Source of the DNA: an uncultured bacterium
GTDB lineage: Bacteria; Fidelibacterota; JAANXI01
Length of the DNA: 64,000 bases
Assembly: GCA_964413425.1 (NCBI GenBank)
Contig: CAYPST010000010.1
Coordinates: 5,070 to 69,069, forward strand
Direction: 5' to 3'
In this document: in pieces, positions 28,754 through 38,769 of the stretch
Position numbering within the stretch: position 1 is the stretch's first letter
Layout: each line of letters begins with the position of its first letter
The notes under the pieces: generated by a model
The model's input: the letters and a program-made list of their open reading frames with translations, nothing else
What the model was told of the DNA's origin: nothing
Databases searched by the model: none
Translations under genes and position numbers: made by a program

Positions 28754-30826
28754 ATGATGAAAAACCAACTGAAGAGACAATCCTGTGGGGACTTGTTTCG
28801 AAGCATTTCGATACTCTGCATATTGTTAGTCGTTTGTTTTCCAGTTTCATTTGCTGTTTCCGAAGCCCAGGAGTATCCGGAACGTCTCCGACGAGCCGAG
28901 AGCTTTCTGGGGATCCATTTCGATTTTCACGCCGGAGACGACTGCATGGATATCGGCAGAGATGTGGATCGCGAGATGGTGGAGTATGTCATAGAGATGG
29001 TCCACCCTGATTATATCCAGGTCGATTGTAAGGGCCATCCGGGATTATCCAGCTATCCCACAGAGGTCGGTCACCGGGCACCGGGATTCGTGCAGGATCC
29101 CCTGCGCATCTGGCGGGAGGTTACTGCTGAACATGGGATCGCGCTGTACGTGCATTATTCGGGAGTATGGGACGCCGAAGCAGTAAACCGGCATCCGGAG
29201 TGGGCCCGGATTAATGAGCAGGGACGTCCCGACAACAGACTGACTTCCGTGTATGGACCGTACGTTGACAGCCTTCTGATCCCCCAAGTGAAAGAACTCA
29301 TCGATCAATACCAGATTGATGGGGCCTGGGTAGATGGTGAGTGCTGGGCGATCGAACGCGATTACCGGTTTGCGAATTTCCTCACCATGCACAAACAATT
29401 TGGCCTGGAGCGATTACCTCGCTCGCCGGATGATCCCTATTGGTACGAGTTTTCGCGGTACAGCCGGGAGGGATTCCGGGATTACCTGAAGTATTATGTC
29501 ACTACCCTTCACGACTATGCGCCGGATTTCCAGATCGCCAGTAACTGGGCATACAGTTCGATGATGCCGGAACCGGTGACCATTGATGTCGATTTCATTT
29601 CCGGCGATTATTCCGCCATGAACAGCATCAACAGTGCGCGTCTGGAGGGGCGCAGTATGGTACATCAGGGCAAACCCTGGGATCTGATGGCCTGGAGTTT
29701 CACCTGGACAGACCGGCACTTCAGCACCAAATCGATTCCTCAGCTTCAACAGGAAGCAGCCATGGTTCTTTCTCTGGGCGGAGGATTCCAGGCCTATTTT
29801 CCCCAGCGGAGAGATGGCTCTATTCGGCGTTGGCAGATGAAACTCATGAAAGAAGCAGCCGAATTCTGTCGTGCCAGAGAAGCTCTCTGCCACAATGCCG
29901 AACCTATTCCACAGATCGGGTTGATCTACTCCGGAGAGGCGTTTTACCGGAACAATCAGAAGTTATTTGCTGCGTGGCACGGCGAGCTGGTGCCGCTTCG
30001 GGGCAATCTGCAGGCTCTGCTGGAATCGCAGAATGTGGTGGATGTAGTGATGGAGCATCATCTCAGGGATCGGATGAGAGAATATCCGCTCCTTATTTAC
30101 CCGGAGTGGGAATATATCGATCCGGAGTTTAAGCAGGAGCTGCTTGAGTATGTGAACGCCGGAGGGAACTTGCTGATGATCGGGCCCAGGGCTGCGGCCC
30201 TTTTCGAAGAAGAACTCGGTGTCACCCTGGTAGGAGAGCCAGAAGAAAGGCTGAATGGATTGGAGTATGGTGGGTGGCTGGGAGGTGTCCGCTCGCTGTT
30301 TCAGAGGGTCCGGCTCGGCGAATCGGCCAGACCATTCGGAAAGATATATAACAGCGATCCGAACAACGTAAACGACATGAAAGGCCCAGCCGAAACTGCG
30401 GCCTCAATTCGCCGATACGGAGAAGGTCGGATCGCGGCAACATACCTGAATCTGGGAGAACGATACTATAATGCGGCGACCTCGGTCAGCCGGGATTTTC
30501 TGGATACCCTGGTCCGGGAGCTCTTCCCGGAACCCTTAGTGACAGTTGAAGGATCGCATCACGTGGATGTTACCGCGAACAGAAAAAATGGACGGGTGCT
30601 AATCAATCTGGTGAATACGGCAGGGCCCCACGCCAATGAGAATATCTATGTGTACGATGACATCCCCTCTGTGGGACCTCTGCAGGTGACTATAAGATCG
30701 GAAGAGGAACCCGAAATCCTTCGACTCGAACCTCTCGGCAGGGAATTGGAGTATACTTTCAGAGAGGGAACACTTACCACGACAGTGAAATCGCTTGATT
30801 TACACCAGATTCTGGTGCTGGAGTGA
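28754..30826 (+). CDS. secreted putative glycoside hydrolase with GH42-like trimerisation/GATase-like C-terminal domain
   Basis: Signal peptide; TIM-barrel-like N-terminal half. C-terminal ...DVVMEHHLRDRMREYPLLIYPEWEYIDPEFKQELLEYVNAGGNLLMIGP resembles the GH42 M domain. Confidence 0.45.
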   Translation: MMKNQLKRQSCGDLFRSISILCILLVVCFPVSFAVSEAQEYPERLRRAESFLGIHFDFHAGDDCMDIGRDVDREMVEYVIEMVHPDYIQVDCKGHPGLSSYPTEVGHRAPGFVQDPLRIWREVTAEHGIALYVHYSGVWDAEAVNRHPEWARINEQGRPDNRLTSVYGPYVDSLLIPQVKELIDQYQIDGAWVDGECWAIERDYRFANFLTMHKQFGLERLPRSPDDPYWYEFSRYSREGFRDYLKYYVTTLHDYAPDFQIASNWAYSSMMPEPVTIDVDFISGDYSAMNSINSARLEGRSMVHQGKPWDLMAWSFTWTDRHFSTKSIPQLQQEAAMVLSLGGGFQAYFPQRRDGSIRRWQMKLMKEAAEFCRAREALCHNAEPIPQIGLIYSGEAFYRNNQKLFAAWHGELVPLRGNLQALLESQNVVDVVMEHHLRDRMREYPLLIYPEWEYIDPEFKQELLEYVNAGGNLLMIGPRAAALFEEELGVTLVGEPEERLNGLEYGGWLGGVRSLFQRVRLGESARPFGKIYNSDPNNVNDMKGPAETAASIRRYGEGRIAATYLNLGERYYNAATSVSRDFLDTLVRELFPEPLVTVEGSHHVDVTANRKNGRVLINLVNTAGPHANENIYVYDDIPSVGPLQVTIRSEEEPEILRLEPLGRELEYTFREGTLTTTVKSLDLHQILVLE

Positions 30827-30839
30827 CCTTTCGTCTTGC

Positions 30840-31181
30840 TTATTCCGGCCAGATGGAGTCGCTGCCCAGGTTGTAGAATCGATCCAGCATCCATTCTTCG
30901 TACGTTTTCGTCTGTTCTATGGGATCCACCGGCAGGTTAATAAGCAGCTCGACCAGTTTATCATTTTCCAGGAGAGACGTGGGACCGGATTTGCCAGGAG
31001 TTAACCGGGCATAGGCCTGGTTAATGGCGCCCATAATCCGCTCGTCACGTTCACCGATGTCCGGATGGACCTGCTTGGCTTTCCGGCGATAGGCTTTTTG
31101 AATATTCTCCTGTGGCGCACCTTCAGAGAGACCCAGAATTTTTCTCGCCCGGTCCGTGATTTCCTGATCTCTTAATTTCAT
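30840..31181 (-). CDS. small J-domain protein
   Basis: AYRRKAKQVHPDIG with HPD tripeptide. Confidence 0.65.
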   Translation of the reverse strand: MKLRDQEITDRARKILGLSEGAPQENIQKAYRRKAKQVHPDIGERDERIMGAINQAYARLTPGKSGPTSLLENDKLVELLINLPVDPIEQTKTYEEWMLDRFYNLGSDSIWPE

Positions 31182-31249
31182 ATCTTCCTCACGTTATTCC
31201 CGACTTACGGGAGTTTTTTGTCTGATTAAAAAACATACGAAATTTTGCT

Positions 31250-31490
31250 GGAAATGCAACCGAAGATTCAAGATTCAAGAATTCAAAACTTCAAAACTCA
31301 ATAAGGCAAACAACCCGGCCCATCCCCTGAGAACAGCCACAGATTGCCACAGATTTTCACTGATAAAAGGCCATTATAAATGAGAATTCAAGAACTCAAG
31401 GACTCGAGAAGGCAAGTATTCAAAACTCCAAATTCAAAAGTTCAAAAAGACAAGGGGCAAAATTTTCAATCCAAACTCCAATTGGATCCC
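31250..31490. repeat. low-complexity 7-8-bp periodic TTCAA(R)A tract in two blocks
   Basis: gattcaagattcaagaattcaaaacttcaaaactcaa ... gaattcaagaactcaaggactcgagaaggcaagtattcaaaactccaaattcaaaagttcaaaaag. Confidence 0.4.
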
Positions 31491-31714
31491 TAGGCCCATA
31501 AGTGCAGAGCGGGAGTATCGGAGACCGGCCTTTCCACGTCCACCGCCCGATTAGCACACAGTTTTGTATACGAATGTACCCCTCTGCCCCGAGTAGAAAT
31601 CCCGACCCTTCCGGGGTTGTCATTATCGGAGTCTTTCACCGTGCGGCTCCTTTTTTCTGTGTTCATCCCCGTCAGGAGGCCGTCAGGGTCAGGCCTTCGA
31701 CCGGCGTGTGCGAT

Positions 31715-32677
31715 TTATGAGGCGTCCATGACGCACCGGAAGCCGATATTTCCGGTTGAACTGTCCGGCGTATTGGCAGTGCGGGCAGCCACCCGGTACC
31801 GGTTACAGTAGGATTTATGGCAGAGGTATGAGCCACCCCGCATCACCCGGGCCTGCCCCTGTGAGGGTCCGGTGGGATTTTCCCGGGGGCCGTCGATATG
31901 ATAATCCGGACTGAACCAGTCCGCACACCATTCCCACACATTCCCGGACACATCAAAGAGTTCATATCCGTTGGGTTTAAATGATCCCACGGGAGCGGTA
32001 CCAACGTAACCATCCTCTGCGGTGTTATGATCCGGAAATGATCCCTGCCAGATGTTACAGCGATGTTCTCCGTCCGGGGTCAATTCATCTCCCCAGGGGA
32101 ATTTTTTTTGCTCCAGCCCCCCTCGTGCTGCATGCTCCCATTCCGCTTCAGTCGGCAACCGCTTTCCCGCCCAATCCGCATACGCCTGCGCGTCATTCCA
32201 GGATATGTGAATGGCCGGGTGATCCATGCGGTTCCGGATAGAGCTGCCGGAGCCTTCCGGCGATTTCCAGCTGGCTCCTTCAACCGGAATCCACCACGGT
32301 GCATCCGGCACCACCTGGACGGTTTGATGCACGGTTTCCGGGGGAAGGAACTGAAAAAAGACAAATGACCATCCGAAGCGTTCAGCCTCAGTAGTATATC
32401 CGGTGGATTTGACAAATTGCTTGAACTGCCGGTTGCTCACAGCTTTCTTATCTATGTAGAAGGGATCGAGAACGACTTCCCGGACGGGCCCTTCGCCGTC
32501 TGCCGGGAATCCTTCCTCGTCATCGGTTCCCATGAGAAATGCCCCGCCTTCCAGCCTGACCATCCCTCTGGTTGACCCATTTGTGCCCTTTTTTGCGTTG
32601 TGTCTGGTGAGCGTTTTACTCTCAGAGCCTGTTCTGCTCGCACTGCAGCAGGCATGTTCCTGATGCTTATCATCCAT
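31715..32677 (-). CDS. formylglycine-generating enzyme (FGE/SUMF1 family)
   Basis: RGGSY..., GNVWEWCADW, NxGFRC motifs typical of FGE. Confidence 0.9.
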   Translation of the reverse strand: MDDKHQEHACCSASRTGSESKTLTRHNAKKGTNGSTRGMVRLEGGAFLMGTDDEEGFPADGEGPVREVVLDPFYIDKKAVSNRQFKQFVKSTGYTTEAERFGWSFVFFQFLPPETVHQTVQVVPDAPWWIPVEGASWKSPEGSGSSIRNRMDHPAIHISWNDAQAYADWAGKRLPTEAEWEHAARGGLEQKKFPWGDELTPDGEHRCNIWQGSFPDHNTAEDGYVGTAPVGSFKPNGYELFDVSGNVWEWCADWFSPDYHIDGPRENPTGPSQGQARVMRGGSYLCHKSYCNRYRVAARTANTPDSSTGNIGFRCVMDAS

Positions 32678-32874
32678 GGTAAATCACCTGAATTTGGTAC
32701 CGTTTTTTATAGGTAACATGATTGATTATATCATCATAACACAACCATTTTATAAATCCTTAACCGGGAAAACAATAGTTTTTTTATGCCGGTTTTTATA
32801 GAATTCGGTCTGGCTGAGGAAACTGTATACTATCGAGAGAAAATATAAAAAAGATCGAAATTAAGGAATCAGGC

Positions 32875-33744
32875 ATGCAAGGACCACCGGTGAAATCAGC
32901 GGTACTGTTAATCCATTGTCCGGACAAAAAGGGGATTGTGGCTTCGGTCACTTCGTTCCTTTATGAACACAACGGGAATATTCTCTACCTGGACCAGCAC
33001 GTAGACGTGGAAAAGCATATTTTCTTCATGCGTATCGAGTGGGATTTAGCCGGGTTCAACCTCTCCGTCGATCAAGTAGGACAGGAGTTTCGGCAAACAG
33101 TGGGGGCACAGTTCGGAATGCAGTGGCAACTCTATTTTTCCGATGAAATCCCGCGGATGGCCATCTTCGTCTCCCGGCTTTCGCACTGTTTGTACGATAT
33201 CCGCGCCCGATATGAAATTGGTGAGTGGCAGGTGGAGATTCCCGTGATTATCAGCAATCACCGGAAGCTTCGTCCCATTGCTGATCGGTTCGGCATTGAC
33301 TATCACTATTTTCCGATAACAGGAGCAAACAAACACCAGCAGGAAAGGAAACAACTGCATCTTCTAAAAGAGTATGGTATCGATGTGAATGTGCTGGCGA
33401 GATACATGCAAATACTGACCGAACAGTTTGTGACCGCATATCCTGAAAAAATCATAAATATCCACCATTCCTTTCTGCCGGCTTTTCCTGGCGCCCGGCC
33501 GTATCATTCAGCGTATGAAAGGGGGGTGAAAGTAATAGGCGCAACCAGCCACTATGTGATACCGGAGCTTGATGCCGGTCCGATCATCGAACAGGATGTT
33601 GTTCGGGTAAGTCATACACACACGGTGGGAGATATGGTTCGGATGGGGCGTGATTTAGAAAAGGTCGTACTCTCCCGTGCCATCGGGTACCACCTGCAGC
33701 GCAAGATTTTGGTATACGATAATCGTACGGTGATTTTCGCCTGA
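32875..33744 (+). CDS. purU: formyltetrahydrofolate deformylase
   Basis: N-terminal ACT domain plus formyltransferase core (HHSFLPAF, GATSHYV). Confidence 0.9.
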   Translation: MQGPPVKSAVLLIHCPDKKGIVASVTSFLYEHNGNILYLDQHVDVEKHIFFMRIEWDLAGFNLSVDQVGQEFRQTVGAQFGMQWQLYFSDEIPRMAIFVSRLSHCLYDIRARYEIGEWQVEIPVIISNHRKLRPIADRFGIDYHYFPITGANKHQQERKQLHLLKEYGIDVNVLARYMQILTEQFVTAYPEKIINIHHSFLPAFPGARPYHSAYERGVKVIGATSHYVIPELDAGPIIEQDVVRVSHTHTVGDMVRMGRDLEKVVLSRAIGYHLQRKILVYDNRTVIFA

Positions 33745-33963
33745 GTGGAGTTCGCTGATATATCGGGAATTGTGCGCATTGCTGATGTCGATTGATCGAA
33801 GATGCTCACTCGGTGACATCCCATCGGCTGCGCTGATGACTCACATGCCACAGTGGGAACCCACGAGATCGCTTCTTCACCAATGATCTCGATTATATAT
33901 TAAAAGCACGGCAGCAGAGATAGTCGCCGTGGCAGAGCCGGTACAGTACGATTCGGGTTATTT

Positions 33964-34632
33964 TTACCGGTCACGGATACGAAAATTCACGGTGATTGAA
34001 TCCCAGTACGCGATTGGTTGATCAAATCTCCGGGCCGGTTTGAACCGCGTTTTTTCAATTCCGGCGATTGCGGCTTCATTAAAGCCGGTGCGCGGAATTC
34101 CCTCGATTATAGCGGTCTCAGTGACCTTCCCGTCCACATTAATGTGCACGCGCACAACAACCGTCCCCTCAATTCCTGCCTGTCTGGCAAGCGGAGGATA
34201 CTCGATGTTTCGTCTTAATGTTTCATAGCCCCCGTCCGGTTCGGGTTTTCGAAGGTACGTGTCTGGAGTGGGGGAAATAGTCAGGTCAGGTTCCGGATCC
34301 GGAGAAGGGGGATAATCGATTGCTTTATACTCCTGAAATTCGATGGGAGCAATGGTGACATCCTCCGGGAGATCTTCTGACTCCACAGGCACCGGAACCG
34401 TGGGCCGGGGGGGTGCGGGAGGACGTAAATGCAGGTCAGTGGAAGGGATCTCCACTATATCAACATTCATGGAAGGCGGGGATGCGGGTTCACGATCCGG
34501 AAGCGAATCGGGCGTGACCAGAAATAGAGCAATAACGATGAGCAGTGCCCCGATCAATGACAGGCGAAGACGCCTCCCATAATAGTGTCTTACAATTTGA
34601 TTCTGAGTAAAACTGTCCTTATCTCGATACAC
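33964..34632 (-). CDS. TonB-family protein (second paralog)
   Basis: TM anchor, Pro-rich PPAPPRPTVPVPVESEDLPE linker, TonB C-terminal domain (YPPLARQAGIEGTVVVRVHINVDGKV). Confidence 0.7.
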   Translation of the reverse strand: MYRDKDSFTQNQIVRHYYGRRLRLSLIGALLIVIALFLVTPDSLPDREPASPPSMNVDIVEIPSTDLHLRPPAPPRPTVPVPVESEDLPEDVTIAPIEFQEYKAIDYPPSPDPEPDLTISPTPDTYLRKPEPDGGYETLRRNIEYPPLARQAGIEGTVVVRVHINVDGKVTETAIIEGIPRTGFNEAAIAGIEKTRFKPARRFDQPIAYWDSITVNFRIRDR

Positions 34633-34773
34633 ATTTTCGTCTGTATGCTGTGACTCATAACGCTGAATGGTTTACATGTGATGATATACGAACCTGATGT
34701 TCGTTATCACCATTCCGGCAAACTCTTCTCTCTTTTGAAAAAATTTATACCTTTTCTATTGGATTATCGATAT

Positions 34774-34975
34774 GAGTCTGTTTAGAAAACGCAGAGATCG
34801 AGTCTATATAGAAAACGCCTCGCCCCGAAGGGATGCTCCGAAGTCCCAGAAGGTCCGAGGCCTTTGGCAAAGAGATCCCGTGACGACGGGACAAAGAAAC
34901 TACAACATATATCTGTCCAAATCGCGGACTAAAGTATGCAGATATTTTGTACACATAATACCTATACGTCAGGTG
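34774..34975. repeat. R1 repeat copy 2 (with internal partial duplication of its 5' 19 bp)
   Basis: GAGTCTGTTTAGAAAACGC..GAGTCTATATAGAAAACGCCTCGCCCCGAAGGG...ATACCTATACGTCAGGT; lies between TonB (-) and the hybrid kinase (+). Confidence 0.5.
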
Positions 34976-35582
34976 CATTATTATCTCTTTGTGCTCCTTG
35001 CGTTCCCGGCGAACTCTACATTTTCTCACTAGACTCAATGCTATCGAATCGTTGGAACCGCTCACCACTGGTATTGCAGAGTATAGGATAGTTTTCTGAG
35101 TTGACGAACGCAATAAAAATGTGCACCACCCCGGGCTTTATCAGACGGAATTCTCTTCTTGCAGCTCTGCCTGTATCAAAGAACCGGGCAAGTAAAAAAT
35201 GTGAACTGGTTCGCCCGGAGACAGACAACATTCCGTGGAGATTTTTCCGGTGAGATGATTTGTCTGGTACTCAGAAAACACATTCTTTTGATGCAGACTC
35301 CCGACATTTTAATTATATTTTCGCATTAGAATTTCACAGCCGGATTGCGTAGTTTCGTTCCTGGGTGTTTGATTTGAGGTATATTAACAGTTGGTTATGT
35401 TTGCAGAACTGAATCATCCATTAAAGAATACCGTTTCCAAGCTCGATTTTACCTTAATAAACTCACAAGAAATTACTGGCTGAAGAAGAGACCAGGTATC
35501 TTCGAAGGAAGCCGGAATGAAAGAATAGATTCGTAATGCTGACAGGAGATTTGACCAATAAATCTATTTAAAGAGGTAAGAG

Positions 35583-38324
35583 ATGGATGATAGCGCATTC
35601 CGGAACAAAACACGGCAGCAGTTACTTGATGAAATCGGAACATTACGGGCAAGGATAACTCGATTGGAAGAGGAGCATACTCGCCGTATCCAGCTGGAAG
35701 AAGCGCTGCACGAGAGTGATGCCCGGTTCAGCACGTTACTGCGAACCGCTCCCATAGGCATGGGCATAGTCATAAACCGGACTCTGATATTTGTAAATGA
35801 TTATCTCTGCAGGATGGTCGGGTATTCGCAGAACGAACTCCTGGAGAAGAATACCCGGATTCTGTATCCGAATGAAGAAGAATATCAGCATATAGAACGT
35901 GCCTATGTCCAGATTACGGAGCAGGGTCGGGGAGTAATAGAGTCAAAATTTGCGAAGAAGGACGGATCAATTCTCCATGTTATGTTGAACGGAATGCCCA
36001 TTGATCAGGACGATTGGTCCCGAGGGATCATATTCACTGCGCTGGATATTACGCCCTTGAAACAATCTCAAAAAGCAGTGAAAGAGGGCGAAAATCTGCT
36101 GCATTCTTTGATGAATGGTATCGATGAATCGATCCTCTTACTTGATAAGCAGGGGAAGGTTCTGATTATCAATGATGAAGGAGCCCGAAGAAACGGGGTC
36201 TCACCGGAAGAAATGCAGGGGAGAGATGTGTTCTCCTTTATGCCTCCGAAGCTTGCCCGGGGGCGAAGGGCCCAATTTGAGAGAATCCTGGAGGAACAAA
36301 AGCCGCTTCGATTCACTGATCAACGTCCGGGCGGACAAATCTATGACAACCTGGTTTATCCGATATTCAATTCCCAAAATGTGCTGTCCCAGATAGCGGT
36401 GATTGCCCAGAACATCACCGAGCGCAGCCAGATGGAAATGAACATGCGCAACACGAAAAATATTCTGCTGGCGCTTATAGAAGCCTCGCCGCTGCCCATG
36501 TTTGACATGGATCTGGAAGGTAATGTTCAGACTATCTGGAATACGGCTGCAGAAGAAACATTCGGATGGCAACGGGAGGAGGTTCTGGGACGCCAAACGC
36601 CGTTGGTTTCGGAAGAAAATGAAGAAGAGTTGGATGATCTGCTGGATCATATTGCTGCCGGAAACTCTATCACCGAACTGGAAGTCCAACGGATGCGAAA
36701 GGACGGGACTCCCATCGATGTCAGTATTTCGGCAGCTCCGGTGCGCATTTCTTCCGGGGAAGTAACCGGGGTGATGGTGGTGCTGGCCAATGTTACGGAG
36801 CGAAAACGGGCCGAAAATCAGCTCCGGAAGTTCAAACTGGGTATTGAGCGTTCCGGAGAGGTTATTTTTATGACGGACTCCGAAGGCGTTATCGGCTATG
36901 TCAATCCGACTTTTACAGAGGTATATGGTTATGACGAGTCTGAAGCAATCGGATCCACACCTCGAATCCTGAAGTCAGGCAAATATGGGGAGGAATTTTA
37001 CGAGCAATTCTGGCAAGCTATTCTGTCAAAACAGGTTGTGGACGGCGAAATCGTGAATAGAACCAAACATGGTGATCTTGTCACTGTCCAGGGCTCCGCC
37101 AGTCCTATTTTAAATGAGGAAGGAGAAACAATCGGGTTCCTGGCGATACACCGGGATGTGACCAAGCAGAAACAGATGGAAGAACAATACCGTCAGTCAT
37201 TGAAAATGCAGTCCATTGGCAGATTGGCGGGCGGCGTAGCCCATGATCTGAATAATTTACTCACTCCCATAATGGGTTATGCGGAGCTCCTCACCACCAG
37301 AATCAATGATGACGAGACACTGTTGGGATATGCCCAACAGATTCATCATGCTACTGATCGCGCCAAAGATTTGACTCAGCAGCTGCTGGCGTTCGGACGA
37401 AAACAAACCCTGAAGATGGAGACCATTGATTCGGTTGCGGCCATTGCCAAATTTGAAAAAATCCTCCGCCGCACCATCCGGGAGGATATTGAACTCCGGT
37501 TTCATTTGAAACCCGAGAGCGGCCATGTCCGGATTGATCAATCGCAGATTGGTCAGGTGATTGTTAACCTGGCAGTCAATGCCCAGGATGCGATGCCGGA
37601 AGGCGGCAGACTGACTATCGGAACGGATGACATTGAATTAACCCGGAAAGAAGCGCAAAGGATTCCGGAACTCGAGCCGGGATCGTATGTCATGATTACC
37701 ATCAGTGATACGGGTGAAGGTATTGATTCGGAGATCTTGCCCCAAATCTTTGAGCCGTTTTTTACCACGAAAGTCAACGGCGAAGGAACCGGATTAGGAT
37801 TAGCTACTGTTTATGGAATCGTCAAACAACATGAGGGACATATTTCCGTATACAGTGAGAAAAGCCTGGGCACGACGTTCCGGATTTACCTGCCCCGGGT
37901 AGAACCCGGAACCACCCAAACAACAGACGAATCGCAGCTCTCTCGGGCTAACGCCGGAGAAGAGACTATTGTAATTGCAGAAGATGACGATATGGTGAGA
38001 AATTATGTCTATAATCTTCTGATGGAGAAAGGGTATCAGGTCATTGAGGCGGCAAACAGCAGGGAAGCACTCGACGCCGTCCAAAAGCAGTCAGGTCAAA
38101 TTGACCTGCTTATCAGCGACGTAATAATGCCCGGGATGAATGGGAAGGAACTCTATAATCAAATCGCCGATCGGTATCCGGATATCAAGGTGTTGTATAT
38201 TTCCGGTTATACTGACGACGTGATTTCAAAACATGGGATACTGGAGCAGGGCGTTTCGTTCCTGCAGAAACCCTTTTCCAATCATCAGCTGACGGAGAAG
38301 ATCCGGGATATCCTGGACTCGTAA
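35583..38324 (+). CDS. cytoplasmic multi-PAS hybrid sensor histidine kinase (HisKA-HATPase-REC)
   Basis: Coiled-coil N-terminus, about 4 PAS domains, H-box GGVAHDLNNLLTPIMGYAELL, G-boxes, C-terminal receiver (IAEDDDMVRN...DLLISDVIMPGMNG). Confidence 0.85.
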   Translation: MDDSAFRNKTRQQLLDEIGTLRARITRLEEEHTRRIQLEEALHESDARFSTLLRTAPIGMGIVINRTLIFVNDYLCRMVGYSQNELLEKNTRILYPNEEEYQHIERAYVQITEQGRGVIESKFAKKDGSILHVMLNGMPIDQDDWSRGIIFTALDITPLKQSQKAVKEGENLLHSLMNGIDESILLLDKQGKVLIINDEGARRNGVSPEEMQGRDVFSFMPPKLARGRRAQFERILEEQKPLRFTDQRPGGQIYDNLVYPIFNSQNVLSQIAVIAQNITERSQMEMNMRNTKNILLALIEASPLPMFDMDLEGNVQTIWNTAAEETFGWQREEVLGRQTPLVSEENEEELDDLLDHIAAGNSITELEVQRMRKDGTPIDVSISAAPVRISSGEVTGVMVVLANVTERKRAENQLRKFKLGIERSGEVIFMTDSEGVIGYVNPTFTEVYGYDESEAIGSTPRILKSGKYGEEFYEQFWQAILSKQVVDGEIVNRTKHGDLVTVQGSASPILNEEGETIGFLAIHRDVTKQKQMEEQYRQSLKMQSIGRLAGGVAHDLNNLLTPIMGYAELLTTRINDDETLLGYAQQIHHATDRAKDLTQQLLAFGRKQTLKMETIDSVAAIAKFEKILRRTIREDIELRFHLKPESGHVRIDQSQIGQVIVNLAVNAQDAMPEGGRLTIGTDDIELTRKEAQRIPELEPGSYVMITISDTGEGIDSEILPQIFEPFFTTKVNGEGTGLGLATVYGIVKQHEGHISVYSEKSLGTTFRIYLPRVEPGTTQTTDESQLSRANAGEETIVIAEDDDMVRNYVYNLLMEKGYQVIEAANSREALDAVQKQSGQIDLLISDVIMPGMNGKELYNQIADRYPDIKVLYISGYTDDVISKHGILEQGVSFLQKPFSNHQLTEKIRDILDS

Positions 38325-38769
38325 CTGATGGATCCTCCCCACCAAAATAATGAATGCAGTCCAACCGGAAGGGTAGAGGCCAGGCTTTTATTTTCGGGTC
38401 ATCCCGAATTATCGAGGGAGTGAGAGGGCCCGGAACCCTGTGAGGGATACTGCAGACCCGCGTGGTGGGAGAATCCCCGGAATTCGGCAAGGTTGAATTC
38501 CGTTGGAATCGAACCGGCGCACGCTGCCGAATCAACCGGTTTGCCACGGTTCCGATATCGTTTTGATACCGGCCGTGTTCTCCGCGTCAGCAGTGGTTCC
38601 CGGTACAGGGCCTCCGGGGCAGGCGTCCGGTTCACCGTGAGTGATAACTTTATCCTGGCGCTGGATTACGGGAGCGCTATCCATCTCCGGGAAGGCACGA
38701 GCGGGATCAGCGCGAATTGTTATGTATAATAATTTGATCAATCACATTGCCGGGGCCGGCCGGTGCACG

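Noticed and set aside
38495-38512. tRNA-like GGTTCGATTCC on the minus strand
   Set aside because: Flanking sequence does not form a T-stem, acceptor stem or anticodon arm. Probably a remnant or coincidence.
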